From assembly GCA_964016885.1 (NCBI GenBank), contig CAXHJY010000001.1:746598-810597 (forward strand): 64,000 nt of DNA, given 5' to 3'. Both the position numbers and the translations under genes were made by a program. Shown here one piece after another: positions 13,267-25,154 of this stretch (the first letter of the stretch is position 1; the number at the start of each line of letters is the position of its first letter). This DNA is from Eledone cirrhosa (Eukaryota). The notes below the pieces were generated by a model. The model did not search any database and had not been told where the DNA came from. It worked only from the letters and a program-made list of their open reading frames with translations.

Positions 13267-16200
13267 GAGACAGGTGTGTGTTCCAGTGGAAGGTGTGTTC
13301 CTGGTTATAAGGTATCATCTATCAGACAGGTGTGTTACAGTAGATGGTGTGGTCCTGGTTATAAGGTAGCAGCTGTCAGACAGGTGTGTTACAGTAGATG
13401 GTGTGGTCCTGGTTATAAGGTATCATCTATCAGACAGGTATGTTACAGTAGATGGTGTGGTCCTGGTTATAAGGTAGCACCTGTCAGACAGGTGTGTTAC
13501 AGTAGATGGTGTGATCCTGGTTATAAGGTAGCACCTGTCAGACAGGTGTGTTACAGTAGATGGTGTGGTCCTGGTTATAAGGTAGCACCTGTCAGTCAGG
13601 TGTGTTACAGTAGATGGTGTGGTCCTGGTTATAAGGTAGCACCTGTGAGAAAGGTGTGTTCCAGTAGATGGTGTGGTCCTGGTTATAAGGTATCATCTAT
13701 CAGACAGGTGTGTTACAGTAGATGGTGTGGTCCTGGTTATAAGGTAGCACCTGTCAGACAGGTGTGTTACAGTAGATGGTGTGGTCCTGGTTATAGGGTA
13801 TCATCTATCAGACAGGTGTGTTACAGTAGATGGTGTGGTCCTGGTTATAAGGTATCATCTATCAGACAGGTGTGTTACAGTAGATGGTGTGGTCCTGGTT
13901 ATAAGGTATCATCTATCAGACAGGTGTGTTACAGTAGATGGTGTGGTCCTGGTTATAAGGTAGCACCTGTCAGACAGGTGTGTTACAGTAGATGGTGTGG
14001 TCCTGGTTATAAGGTATCATCTATCAGACATGTGTGTTACAGTAGATGGTGTGGTCCTGGTTATAAGGTAGCACCTGTCAGACAGGTGTGTTACAGTAGA
14101 TGGTGTGGTCCTGGTTAATAGGTAGCACCTGTCAGATAAGTGTGTTACAGTAGATGGTGTGGTCCTGGTTATAAGTTAGCACCTGTCAGACAGGTGTGTT
14201 ACAGTAGATGGTGTGGTCCTGGTTATAAGGTAGCACCTGTCAGACAGGTGTGTTACACTAGTTGGTGTGGTCCTGGTTATAAGGTAGCACCTGTCAGACA
14301 GGTGTGTTACAGTAGATGGTGTGGTCCTGGTTATAAAGTAGCACCTGTCAGACAGGTGTGTTACAGTAGATGGTGTAGTCCTGGTTATAAGGTAGCACCT
14401 GTCAGACAAGTGTGTTACAGTAGATGGTGTGGTCCTGGTTATAAGGTAGCACCTGTCAGACAAGTGTGTTACAGTAGATAGTGTGGTCCTGGTTATAAGG
14501 TAGGAGCTGTCAGACAGGTGTGTTACAGTAGATGATGTGGTCCTGGTTATAAGGTAGCAGCTGTCAGACAGGTGTGTTACAGTAGATGGTGTGGTCCTGG
14601 TTATATGGTAGCAGCTGTCAGACAGGTGTGTTACAGTAGATGGTGTGGTCCTGGTTATAAGGTAGCACCTGTCAGACAGGTGTGTTACAGTAGAAGGTGT
14701 GGTCCTGGTTATAAGGTAGCACCTGTCAGATAGGTGTGTTACAGTAGATGGTGTGGTCCTGGTTATAAGGTAGCACCTGTCAGACAGGTGTGTTACAGTA
14801 GAAGGTGTGGTCCTGGTTATAAGGTAGCACCTGTCAGACAGGTGTGTTACAGTAGATGGTGTGGTCCTGGTTATAAGGTATCATCTATCAGACAGGTGTG
14901 TTACAGTAGATGGTGTGGTCCTGGTTATATGGTAGCAGCTGTCAGACAGGTGTGTTACAGTAGATGGTGTGGTCCTGGTTATAAGGTAGCAGCTATCAGA
15001 CATGTGTGTTACAGTAGATGGTGTGGTCCTGGTTATAAGGTAGCACCTGTCAGACAGGTGTGTTACAGTAGATGGTGTGGTCCTGGTTATAAGGTAGCAC
15101 CTGTCAGACAGGTGTGTTACAGTAGAAGGTGTGGTCCTGGTTATAAGGTAGCACCTGTCAGACAGGTGTGTTACAGTAGATGGTGTGGTCCTGGTTATAA
15201 GGTAGCACCTGTCAGACAGGTGTGTTACAGTAGAAGGTGTGGTCCTGGTTATAAGGTAGCACCTGTCAGACAGGTCTGTAACAGTAGATGGTGTGGTCCT
15301 GGTTATAAGGTAGCACCTGTCAGACAGGTGTGTTACAGTAGATGGTGTGGTCCTGGTTATATGGTAGCAGCTATCAGACATGTGTGTTACAGTAGATGGT
15401 GTAGTCCTGGTTATAAGGTATCATCTATCAGACAGGTGTGTTACAGTAGATGGTGTGGTCCTGGTTATAAGGTAGCACCTGTCAGACAGGTGTGTTCCAG
15501 TAGATGGTGTGGTCCTGGTTATAAGGTATCATCTATCAGACAGGTGTGTTACAGTAGATGGTGTGGTCCTGGTTATAAGGTAGCACCTGTCAGACAGGTG
15601 TGTTCCAGTAGATGGTGTGGTCCTGGTTATAAGGTAGCAGCTGTCAGACAGGTGTGTTACAGTAGATGGTGTGGTCCTGGTTATAAGGTAGCACCTGTCA
15701 GACACGTGTGTTCCAGTAGATGGTGTGGTACTGGTTATATGGTAGCAGCTGTCAGACAGGTGTGTTACAGTAGATGGTGTGATCCTGGTTATAAGGTAGC
15801 ACCTGTCAGACAGGTGTGTTACAGTAGATGGTGTGGTCCTGTTTATAAGGTATCATCTATCAGACAGGTGTGTTACAGTAGATGATGTGGTCCTGGTTAT
15901 AAGGTAGCACCTGTCAGACATGTGTGTTACAGTAGATGGTGTGGTCCTGGTTATAAGGTATCATCTATCAGACAGGTGTGTTACAGTAGATGGTGTGGTC
16001 CTGGTTATAAGGTAGCACCTGTCAGACAGGTGTGTTCCAGTAGATGGTGTGGTCCTGGTTATAAGGTATCATCTATCAGACAGGTGTGTTACAGTAGATG
16101 GTGTGGTCCTGGTTATAAGGTAGCACCTGTCAGACAAGTGTGTTACAGTAGATAGTGTGGTCCTGGTTATAAGGTAGGAGCTATCAGACAGGTGTGTTAC

Positions 16201-17600
16201 AGTAGATGGTGTGGTCCTGGTTATATGGTAGCAGCTGTCAGACAGGTGTGTTACAGAAGATGGTGTGGTCCTGGTTATAAGGTAGCACCTGTCAGACAGG
16301 TGTGTTACAGTAGAAGGTGTGGTCCTGGTTATAAGGTAGCAGCTATCAGACATGTGTGTTACAGTAGATGGTGCGGTCCTGGCTATAAGGTAGCACCTGT
16401 CAGACAGGTGTGTTACAGTAGATGGTGTGGTCCTGGTTATAAGGTAGCACCTGTCAGACAGGTGTGTTACAGTAGAAGGTGTGGTCCTGGTTATAAGGTA
16501 GCACCTGTCAGACAGGTGTGTTACAGTAGATGGTGTGGTCCTGGTTATAAGGTAGCACCTGTCAGACAGGTGTGTTACAGTAGAAGGTGTGGTCCTGGTT
16601 ATAAGGTAGCACCTGTCAGACAGGTGTGTTACAGTAGATGGTGTGGTCCTGGTTATAAGGTAGCACCTGTCAGACAGGTGTGTTACAGTAGATGGTGTGG
16701 TCCTGGTTATAAGGTATCATCTATCAGACAGGTGTGTTACAGTAGATGGTGTGGTCCTGGTTATATGGTAGCAGCTATCAGACATGTGTGTTACAGTAGA
16801 TGGTGTGGTCCTGGTTATAAGGTATCATCTATCAGACAGGTGTGTTACAGTAGATGGTGTGGTCCTGGTTATAAGGTAGCACCTGTCAGACAGGTGTGTT
16901 CCAGTAGATGGTGTGGTCCTGGTTATAAGGTATCATCTATCAGACAGGTGTGTTACAGTAGATGGTGTGGTCCTGGTTATAAGGTAGCACCTGTCAGACA
17001 GGTGTGTTCTAGTAGATGGTGTGGTCCTGGTTATAAGGTAGCAGCTGTCAGACAGGTGTGTTACAGTAGATGGTGTGGTCCTGGTTATAAGGTAGCACCT
17101 GTCAGACACGTGTGTTCCAGTAGATGGTGTGGTACTGGTTATATGGTAGCAGCTGTCAGACAGGTGTGTTACAGTAGATGGTGTGATCCTGGTTATAAGG
17201 TAGCACCTGTCAGACAGGTGTGTTACAGTAGATGGTGTGGTCCTGTTTATAAGGTATCATCTATCAGACAGGTGTGTTACAGTAGATGATGTGGTCCTGG
17301 TTATAAGGTAGCACCTGTCAGACATGTGTGTTACAGTAGATGGTGTGGTCCTGGTTATAAGGTATCATCTATCAGACAGGTGTGTTACAGTAGATGGTGT
17401 GGTCCTGGTTATAAGGTAGCACCTGTCAGACAGGTGTGTTCCAGTAGATGGTGTGGTCCTGGTTATAAGGTATCATCTATCAGACAGGTGTGTTACAGTA
17501 GATGGTGTGGTCCTGGTTATAAGGTATCACCTATCAGACAGGTGTGTTACAGTAGATGGTGTGGTCCTGGTTATAAGGTAGCACCTGTCAGACACGTGTG
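13267..17600. repeat. 54-bp exon-derived minisatellite (~80 units)
   Basis: Unit cagacaggtgtgttacagtagatggtgtggtcctggttataaggtagcacctgt; higher-order repeat at offset 1404 (ORFs 15922 and 17326). Confidence 0.97.
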
Positions 17601-17823
17601 TGCTCTTTTGTAGTTCTATTTCTTTAGAGAATCTACCAGACAAATGGATGAATGTCCTCTTCAGTCATGATGAAATGTATCAGTAACATCTGAGAGGTCA
17701 GTAGCTCCGATTAAGTTCTGAGTCGGTCTCTGTTGACACATCCCACTCTTGGTTACAGGGGAAGTGAATGTTAAATGTTGATCATGAGGAAGATGTGAGT
17801 AGCAGGGGCAGTAGAGTTACAGA

Positions 17824-18053
17824 TTAACCCTTTAGCATTTACACTACTTCATATACACTATTATATTTTCACAGTAAAGGCTTTATCTCATATAATTATC
17901 TCACATAATATCAAATCTATGAGATTTTGATAATATCTATTTTGAGAACAATACCTTAACATAAGTATGAGCAGCCAGTTATGGCTGGTTTGAACAGAAA
18001 GAAGTGTGAGAATTCTGGCCGGATATAACCGGTTTTAATTCTAAAGGTTTTAA
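17824..18053 (-). mobile_element. ~230-bp TTAA (piggyBac-type) MITE
   Basis: ttaaccctttagcattt terminus; same family as 24412-24640 in the opposite orientation. Confidence 0.75.
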
Positions 18054-18614
18054 TGGGTTGTGATTTTGAGTTCTTTTTTAAAACGGTATTCAAATCCCAC
18101 CAAAATCAACTTTTTCTGTCATACTTTTGGAGTAGATAGAATAATATAGCAGTGAAATACCATGCAATGGACTAGCATCCTGTCCAGGTGTGGGGAATAC
18201 AGTGGACTCTGCTCAGTGTGATACCTACCGACAGTTAGAAGGACTGGGCTGTTGAATATACAAAAACAAAAAAATGTCTAAAGTGTGTCTCGAGTGCTGA
18301 GGGTCATCAGGCCAGTGCTATCTATGGCATGAAGTGACTTAAAATACAAAACTTCCCCTGGACAGGGCACCAGTCCATCCCAAGGTTAAATCACCAGCTA
18401 TTACTGGCACTGATCTCCAAGCTTCCTGAAATTCGCCAACACTACACCTGATATCCCTCCTCCATACACACGTACATATGTTTATCATGACTCATACACT
18501 GTTCATTTTCCTGACATTTGTTCATTATTCTATGTGCTTTACATGCACCTTTGATGAGTTATAGTGCACCTGAGCACTGTACACAATAATTTCACTATTA
18601 TTATTATTATACTG

Positions 18615-18811
18615 GAGCGGTGGATTGTCAGTATTGGTAGAGAGTCGGACGCCATGCTTTGAAGCATAGAGTTACGTCCCTTTATGATCTGAGTTCAAAT
18701 CCCACCAAGGTTAACTTTGCCTTTCATCCTTACGGGGTCGATAAAATAAAGTACCAGTAATGTACTGGGTAATTGCTGGCCTTGTGTCAAAAGTAGAAAC
18801 AATTATTATTA
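18615..18811 (+). mobile_element. tRNA-derived SINE family A
   Basis: A-box-like tggattgtcagtattgg, B box gagttcaaatccc, core gcctttcatccttacggggtcgataaaataaagtaccag, (att)n tail. Confidence 0.85.
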
Positions 18812-18972
18812 TACTGGAGCAACATGAATGGAAATACTTTTGCTCAAGAACACAACACACAACCTAGTTGAGGAATAGAACTCACGACATTATGATTGTA
18901 AGTCCAACACCCTTACCACAAGGCCACACAAATACACACCAAAATATATATTTGTTATTGATTGATTTGTAG

Positions 18973-19110
18973 GATGTAAGAGAGGAAAATTTGGACCAAA
19001 CTGTCGAAACATGTGTCATTGTGCTGACAAGAGTAAATGTAAGCCACAGACTGGTAGCTGCTCTAATGGAGGATGTGCTCCTGGATATGAAGGTGGCAAC
19101 TGTCAGACAG
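18973..19110 (+). CDS. EGF-like repeat exon 5
   Basis: ttgtag acceptor, gtaagt donor, 138 bp; GCKRGKFGPNCRNMCHCADKSKCKPQTGSCSNGGCAPGYEGGNCQT. Confidence 0.9.
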
Positions 19111-19121
19111 GTAAGTGGTGT

Positions 19122-19360
19122 ACTATCATCATCATAAATATCATCATTGTTATTATCATCATCATCACTACTACCACCACTACCACAACCACAACCGCAA
19201 CCACTACCCAACATCACTATCAACCACCACAACTCCCACTGCAACCACCACCACCTCACCCACAACCCCACCACCTCCACAACCACTACCAACCACCACC
19301 ACCAGCCACCACTGCCACTAACACCACTACCACCACTACCACCACCACCACCACCACCAT
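19122..19360. repeat. (CAT/CAC/ACC)n low-complexity tract
   Basis: Imperfect trinucleotide repeats directly after the exon 5 donor. Confidence 0.9.
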
Positions 19361-19451
19361 TCTATTCTGAGTTCAAATCTTGCCATGGTTGACTTTGTCT
19401 TTCACTTTTCTGTGCAGGGTCTCATAAAGTTCTTTTGAAGCCCTAACAAGT

Positions 19452-19809
19452 TTAACCCTTTAGCATATCGATGTGAAGGTATTGTTCTCTAAATAAATAA
19501 TATAAACATTTCATAGATTCAATATTATTGTTTTTACATTTGGCACAAGGCCAGCAAATTACCCAGTACATTACTGGTACTTTATTTTATCAACCCCGTA
19601 AGGATGAAAGGCAAAGCAAACCTCAGCGGGTTTTGAACTCAGAACGCAAAGGGCAGTAACTCTGTGCCGCAAAGCAAGGTATTGTTCTCAAAATAAATAA
19701 TATCAAAATCTCATAGATTCAATATTATGCGAGATAATTATGAGAGATAAAGCCCTTACCGTGAAAATATAATAGTATTTATAGGGTAATGTAAATACTA
19801 AAGGGTTAA
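19452..19809 (+). mobile_element. TTAA MITE carrying a nested minus-strand SINE A (19529-19675)
   Basis: ttaaccctttagca...tactaaagggttaa TIRs; SINE flanked by a ~53-bp direct repeat. Confidence 0.8.
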
Positions 19810-20209
19810 GGATGATGGTGTGCATCCCCCACCACCCCTCACCTCATAAATAACTTCTGGAAGAAAATTGGATGGAAGGTGTTGACAGAATGAAAAATAT
19901 GTTTAATTTAATTAAAATTTACCCCTTTTCCCTTGTTACCCTAAACATGTGATTATTTTGCTTAATGGTTTATCCATCACTACTGTCAGGGTTGATTAAT
20001 TAAGTACCAGTAAAATACTAGGTAGTATTACTTTAAGCCCCCACCCCATCACTTCAAATGTCAAGTCATGTGATTATGTTAGAAATTAATATTTCACTTC
20101 AATAAATATTTTAAAAAGTAAAGAAAAAAAACCTTTTTAAAATCAATTTAAAGTTTAATTGATTATTTTGAAATATGAAAAATATTTAAGTCACAAGATT
20201 TAAATAATT

Positions 20210-20388
20210 ATGGAAAGAATGGAAATGAGAATGATCGAGTGGATTAGTTGAGGGCTGCTGAAAGATGATTTAAAAAGGATGATGGGGATAGGACGACTGA
20301 TGAATGTTGTGAAAAGAAATGGTGTGAGATGGTTGGGTCATGTGTTGAGGATGGATGAAAGTGACTCTGTGAGAGGAGTAATGGAAAC
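20210..20388 (+). mobile_element. Degenerate RTE LINE C-terminal fragment (also 21025-21270 and 21890-22015)
   Basis: EMRMIEWI...VVKRNGVRWLGHVLRMDESDSVRGVME motif. Confidence 0.7.
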
Positions 20389-20975
20389 AGACAGGTGTCA
20401 GACAGGTGGGTGTTGTAATGGAGGTGTGGTGCTAGTTATAAAGGTATCAGCTGTCAGACAGGTGTGTGTTGTAGTGGAGGTGTGGTGCTTGTTATAAAGG
20501 TATCAGCTGTCAGACAGGTGTGGTGCTGGTTATGAAGATAGCAACTGTCAGACAGGTGTGGTGCTGGTTATGAAGGTAGCAACTGTCAGACAGGTGTGGT
20601 GCTGGTTATGAAGGTAACAACTGTCAGACAGGTGTGGTGCTGGTTATAAAGGTAACAACTGTCAGACAGGTGTGGTGCTGGTTATGAAGGTAGCAACTGT
20701 CAGACAGGTGTGGTGCTGGTTATAAAGGTAACAACTGTCAGACAGGTGTGGTGCTGGTTATGAAGGTAACAACTGTCAGACAGGTGTGGTGTTGGTTATG
20801 AAGGTAGCAACTGTCAGACAGGTGTGGTGCTGGTTATAAAGGTAACAACTGTCAGACAGGTGTGGTGCTGGTTATGAAGGTAGCAACTGTCAGACAGGTG
20901 TGGTGCTGGTTATGAAGGTAGCAACTGTCAGACAGGTGTGGTGCTGGTTATGAAGATAGAAACTGCCAGACAGGT
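20389..20975. repeat. 38-bp exon-derived minisatellite ending in an intact donor site
   Basis: Unit cagacaggtgtggtgctggttatgaaggtagcaactgt; last unit followed by gtaagtggtgtagtatagc as after true exons. Confidence 0.92.
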
Positions 20976-21277
20976 AAGTGGTGTAGTATAGCTTGGTTTC
21001 TAACTTAATATATTGAGACATCACATGGAAGGGAAAAATGTATGCTACATGTGTTAGAAGTGACATTATTTTTAAGAGTGAGACATGATTGATGAAGATG
21101 GAACAACAGAGAAAGCAGAGGAGACTTGAAATGAGAATGGTCCGGTGAAATATCCCCATGAAAGAGGCAGGAAATCAATATTTTGCAGAGATTGATGTAA
21201 ATAGTGTCAATAATATTTATGAAGAGAAATGAAAGGATATGCTGGATCATGTGTTGAGGAAAAATGGGGATGACTAA

Positions 21278-21640
21278 TTTATTGGAGCCGGGATGTGTCC
21301 ATCGACCCCATAGTCATTCAGAACATTCCACATCTGATCCTGTAAAATACTGTCATAAGCCTTTTTGATGTCTGCAAAACAGGAATACATCTCTTGGCAG
21401 TAATCCCATGATTTATCAAAGACCTACCTCACTGTGAATATTTGGTCAGCTTTACTGCATCCAGGGTAAAACCACATTGTCCATCAGCTAACTTGAACAC
21501 AACAATCTCTCTTTGTCAGACATTTATCATAAACTTTATCAGGAAGGTTTAACAAGGAGTTCCTTCTTTAATTGGAGCAATCTTTCTTATCTCAATTTTA
21601 CAGAATTAGGATAATGTCCACCATTTAAAATATGAGACTA
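21278..21640 (-). mobile_element. Degenerate LINE reverse transcriptase fragment
   Basis: Minus strand reads QCGF...KSWDYCQEMYSCFADIKKAYDSILQDQMWNVLNDYGV. Confidence 0.65.
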
Positions 21641-21695
21641 TCAGAAATTAATGTGAATTGTCAAATATATTTAGACTTCCATATTTTATTTTCAG

Positions 21696-21815
21696 GGTGT
21701 AAAACAGGTAAATTGGACCCAACTGTGGCAACACATGTCACTGTTCTGACAACAGCAGGTGTGTGTTCCAGTGGAGGATGTGCTGCTGGTTATGAAGGTA
21801 GCAACTGTCAGACAG
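21696..21815 (+). pseudogene. Aberrant 120-bp EGF exon copy (-1 and -17 nt deletions, net in frame)
   Basis: tttcag acceptor and gtaagc donor intact; GCKTGKLDPTVATHVTVLTTAGVCSSGGCAAGYEGSNCQT, middle portion read in a shifted frame. Confidence 0.7.
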
Positions 21816-22067
21816 GTAAGCTTTGTTTGTAACTTAGTATATTGGGACATCGCATGGAAAGAAAATGTTTGTAACAAGTTTGCATCGCATGGAAGGGAAA
21901 GATGTATGCTACATACTGAGTGATGAAGATGGAGCTACAGGAGAAGCTGAAGAGAATGGAAAGGCAAGATGTATGCTACATGTGTTAGAGGTGACATGAT
22001 TTATAGGAGCAAGAAGCTGTCCATTAACCCCTTACTCATGCAGAACATTCCATATTTTTATTTTCAG

Positions 22068-22204
22068 GGTGTAAAACAGGTAAATTTGGCCCAACTGTGG
22101 CAATATTTGTCACTGTGCTGACAACAACAGGTGTAACAAACAGACAGGTGTGTGTTCCAGTGGAGGATGTGCTACTGGTTATGAAGGTAGCAACTGTCAG
22201 ACAG
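22068..22204 (+). pseudogene. 137-bp frameshifted EGF exon copy
   Basis: Splice sites intact but tttggcccaac lacks one base relative to tttggacccaac in 22589-22726. Confidence 0.7.
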
Positions 22205-22217
22205 GTAAGTGGTGTAA

Positions 22218-22425
22218 TACAAGGCTCTTCTGAATAGTTCTTAGGTTGAACAAGTTACTCTCATGCAATGTGACCAAATGAGGTTTATTTTTGCAAATAG
22301 TCCCCCCTGCGGTCCACACCCTTTCTCCATTGGTGTTGCAGTTGGATCCCATTTGTGAAAAAGCTTTCATCTTATCCATGAGAAACATCATCAGCAGGTG
22401 ATATGATGTCATCATCAGTGTGATA
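22218..22425 (-). mobile_element. mariner transposase 3' relic
   Basis: Minus strand, frameshifted: DDDII...IQLQHQWRKGVDRRGDYLQK*, like the mariner RWxKCVxxxGDYVEK terminus; TA flank. Confidence 0.6.
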
Positions 22426-22588
22426 CTGGTTTCGAGCTAATTATTTAATCATGCAGCTCTGCTACGTCCAGGATGAAAACCATACTGTTCATCAAAAACT
22501 CTGATAATGTCCGCCATGTAAAATATGAAACTATCAGAAATTAATGTAAATTAATAAATATATTTAGACTTTCATATTTTATTTTCAG

Positions 22589-22726
22589 GGTGTAAAACAG
22601 GTAAATTTGGACCCAACTGTAAATATACATGTCACTGTGCAGATAACAGCAGGTGTAACAAACAGACAGGTGTGTGTTCTAGTGGCGGATGTGCTGCTGG
22701 TTATGAAGGTAGCAACTGTCAGACAG
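22589..22726 (+). CDS. EGF-like repeat exon 6
   Basis: tttcag acceptor, gtaagt donor, 138 bp; GCKTGKFGPNCKYTCHCADNSRCNKQTGVCSSGGCAAGYEGSNCQT. Confidence 0.9.
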
Positions 22727-22775
22727 GTAAGTGGTGTAGTGTAGCTTTGTTTCTAAAATAATATATTGAGACATC

Positions 22776-24099
22776 ACATGGAGGAGAGATATGTATGATA
22801 CATGCTTAAAAAGAGACATAATTTATAGGAGTGAGACATGGAAGGGAAAGATGTTTGCTACATGTGTTAGAAGTGACATGATTTATAGGAGTGAGACATG
22901 GAAGGGAAAGATGTTTGCTTCATGTGTTAGAAGTGACATGATTTATAGGAGTGAGACATGGAAGGGAAAGATGTTTGCTACATGTGTTAGAAGTGACATG
23001 ATTTATAGGAGTGAGACATGGAAGGGAAAGATGTTTGCTACATGTGTTAGAAGTGACATGATTTATAGGAGTGAGGCATGGAAGGGAAAGATGTTTGCTA
23101 CATATGTTAGAAGTGACATGATTTATAGGAGTGAGACATGGAAGGGAAAGATGTTTGCTACATGTGTTAGAAGTGACATGATTTATAGGAGTGAGACATG
23201 GAAGGGAAAGATGTTTGCTACATGTGTTAGAAGTGACATGATTTATAGGAGTGAGACATGGAAGGGAAAGATGTTTGCTACATGTGTTAGAAGTGACATG
23301 ATTTATAGGAGTGAGGCATGGAAGGGAAAGATGTTTGCTACATATGTTAGAAGTGACATGATTTATAGGAGTGAGACATGGAAGGGAAAGATGTTTGCTA
23401 CATGTGTTAGAAGTGACATGATTTATAGGAGTGAGACATGGAAGGGAAAGATGTTTGCTACATGTGTTAGAAGTGACATAATTTATAGGAGTGAGGCATG
23501 GAAGGGAAATATGTTTGCTACATGTGTTAGAAGTGACATGATTTATAGGAGTGAGACATGGAAGGGAAAGATGTTTGCTACATGTGTTAGAAGTGACATG
23601 ATTTATAGGAGTGAGACATGGAAGGGAAAGATGTTTGCTACATATGTTAGAAGTGACATGATTTATAGGAGTGAGACATGAAGGGAAAGATGTTTGCTAC
23701 ATGTGTTAGAAGTGACATGATTTATAGGAGTGAGACATGGAAGGGAAAGATGTTTGCTACATATGTTAAAAGTGACATGATTTATAGGAGTGAGACATGG
23801 AAGGGAAAGATGTTTGCTACATGTGTTAGAAGTGATATGATTTATAGGAGTGAGACATGGAAGGGAAAGATGTTTGCTACATGTGTTAGAAGTGACATGA
23901 TTTATAGGAGTGAGACATGGAAGGGAAAGATGTTTGCTACATGTGTTAGAAGTGACATGATTTATAGGAGTGAGACATGGAAGGGAAAGATGTTTGCTAC
24001 ATGTGTTAGAAGTGATATGATTTATAGGAGTGAGACATGGAAGGGAAAGATGTTTGCTACATGTGTTAGAAGTGACATGATTTATAGGAGTGAGACATG
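22776..24099. repeat. 60-bp LINE-ORF-derived minisatellite (~22 units)
   Basis: Unit translates as WKGKMFATCVRSDMIYRSET; continues into LINE-like MEQQRKLEENETRIVR. Confidence 0.95.
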
Positions 24100-24218
24100 A
24101 GTGATGAACATGGAGCAACAGAGAAAATTGGAAGAAAATGAAACGAGAATTGTCCGGTGCAATATTCCCACTACTACCACCAGTACCACCATTACCATCA
24201 CAAGACATTACCCTACAG

Positions 24219-24947
24219 CAGGGGTTGGCTACTTACGGCGCACAGGCCGGTCCGGCTCAGGAAAGGATTTCGACCAGCCTGCAAGAACTTATGCCCAATG
24301 AGTTGTTTATTTAAAATTTAAATTTATTGTAACATGAGAGACGAGCCTTTCGAATACAATAAAAGGCCTGCTGTTACAACTTTGGTATTTATTGAAGATA
24401 TTGTGACTCGTTTAACCCTTTAGCATTTAAACCGGCCATATCCGGCCAGAAATCTCTCACTTTTTTCTGTTCAAACCGGCTGTAACTAGCCACTCATACT
24501 GACGTTAAGGTATTCTTCTCAAAATAAATAATATCAAAATCTCATAGATTCAATATTATGTGAGATAACTATATAAGATAAAGTGTTTACTGTGAAACTA
24601 CAATAGTAAATATAGAATAATGTAAGTGCTAAAGGGTTAAATAACTTAAATTTACAACTTCAAGGTAAAACTCAGCTCGTAAATGAAATGTATAACCATA
24701 TTGTTGTCTTTGAAAAAAAGCTACAGTTGTGGGAACATCAACTTTGAAATAAAAATTATGTGCATTTTCCATCATTTCAAGGAGGGAAATCACAGGATTC
24801 AGAGGTATTTGTGAATATAATTCAAGATTTGAGAAATGAATAGTATAGTCAACACTCGAGGTTAAATTTTAGCTTGTGTAATTTTCCATAATTATTCTTT
24901 TATGGCGTTCGTCCGGCCCGTGGAGGCAAAGAAGTTGCCAATCCCTG
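24219..24947 (+). mobile_element. Internally deleted hAT (Charlie/SPIN-like) element
   Basis: TIRs caggggttggc / gttgccaatccctg; transposase relic LNNLNLQLQGKTQLVNEMYNHIVVFEKKLQLWEHQL*NKNYVHFPSF. Confidence 0.8.
24412..24640 (+). mobile_element. TTAA MITE nested in the hAT relic
   Basis: ttaaccctttagcattt...agtgctaaagggttaa; removing it leaves one TTAA and restores the transposase frame. Confidence 0.9.
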
Positions 24948-24974
24948 ATCTACACCAATGTTTTCCTGTTATAG

Positions 24975-25112
24975 TGTGCAGTAGTGGAAGACTTGGTGCC
25001 AACTGTGATCAGGTGTGTCATTGTGAAGATAACAACAGGTGTAATGTGGAATTAGGGATCTGTTCAAGGGGTAGATGTGCTCCAGGTTATGAAGGAAACA
25101 GTTGTCAGAAAG
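24975..25112 (+). CDS. EGF-like repeat exon 7
   Basis: ttatag acceptor, gttagt donor, 138 bp; VCSSGRLGANCDQVCHCEDNNRCNVELGICSRGRCAPGYEGNSCQK. Confidence 0.9.
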
Positions 25113-25154
25113 GTTAGTTATTTTCATATCTCAGCTTTTATCTCTCACCAGTCC

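Noticed and set aside
13276-17613. Cys-rich repeat protein VRQVCYSRWCGPGYKVAP
   Set aside because: Multiple in-frame stops, half of the unit is out of frame relative to the EGF exon, and no acceptor
19111-19370. Thr/His/Pro-rich extension of exon 5
   Set aside because: Lies behind a canonical gtaagt donor; simple-repeat DNA
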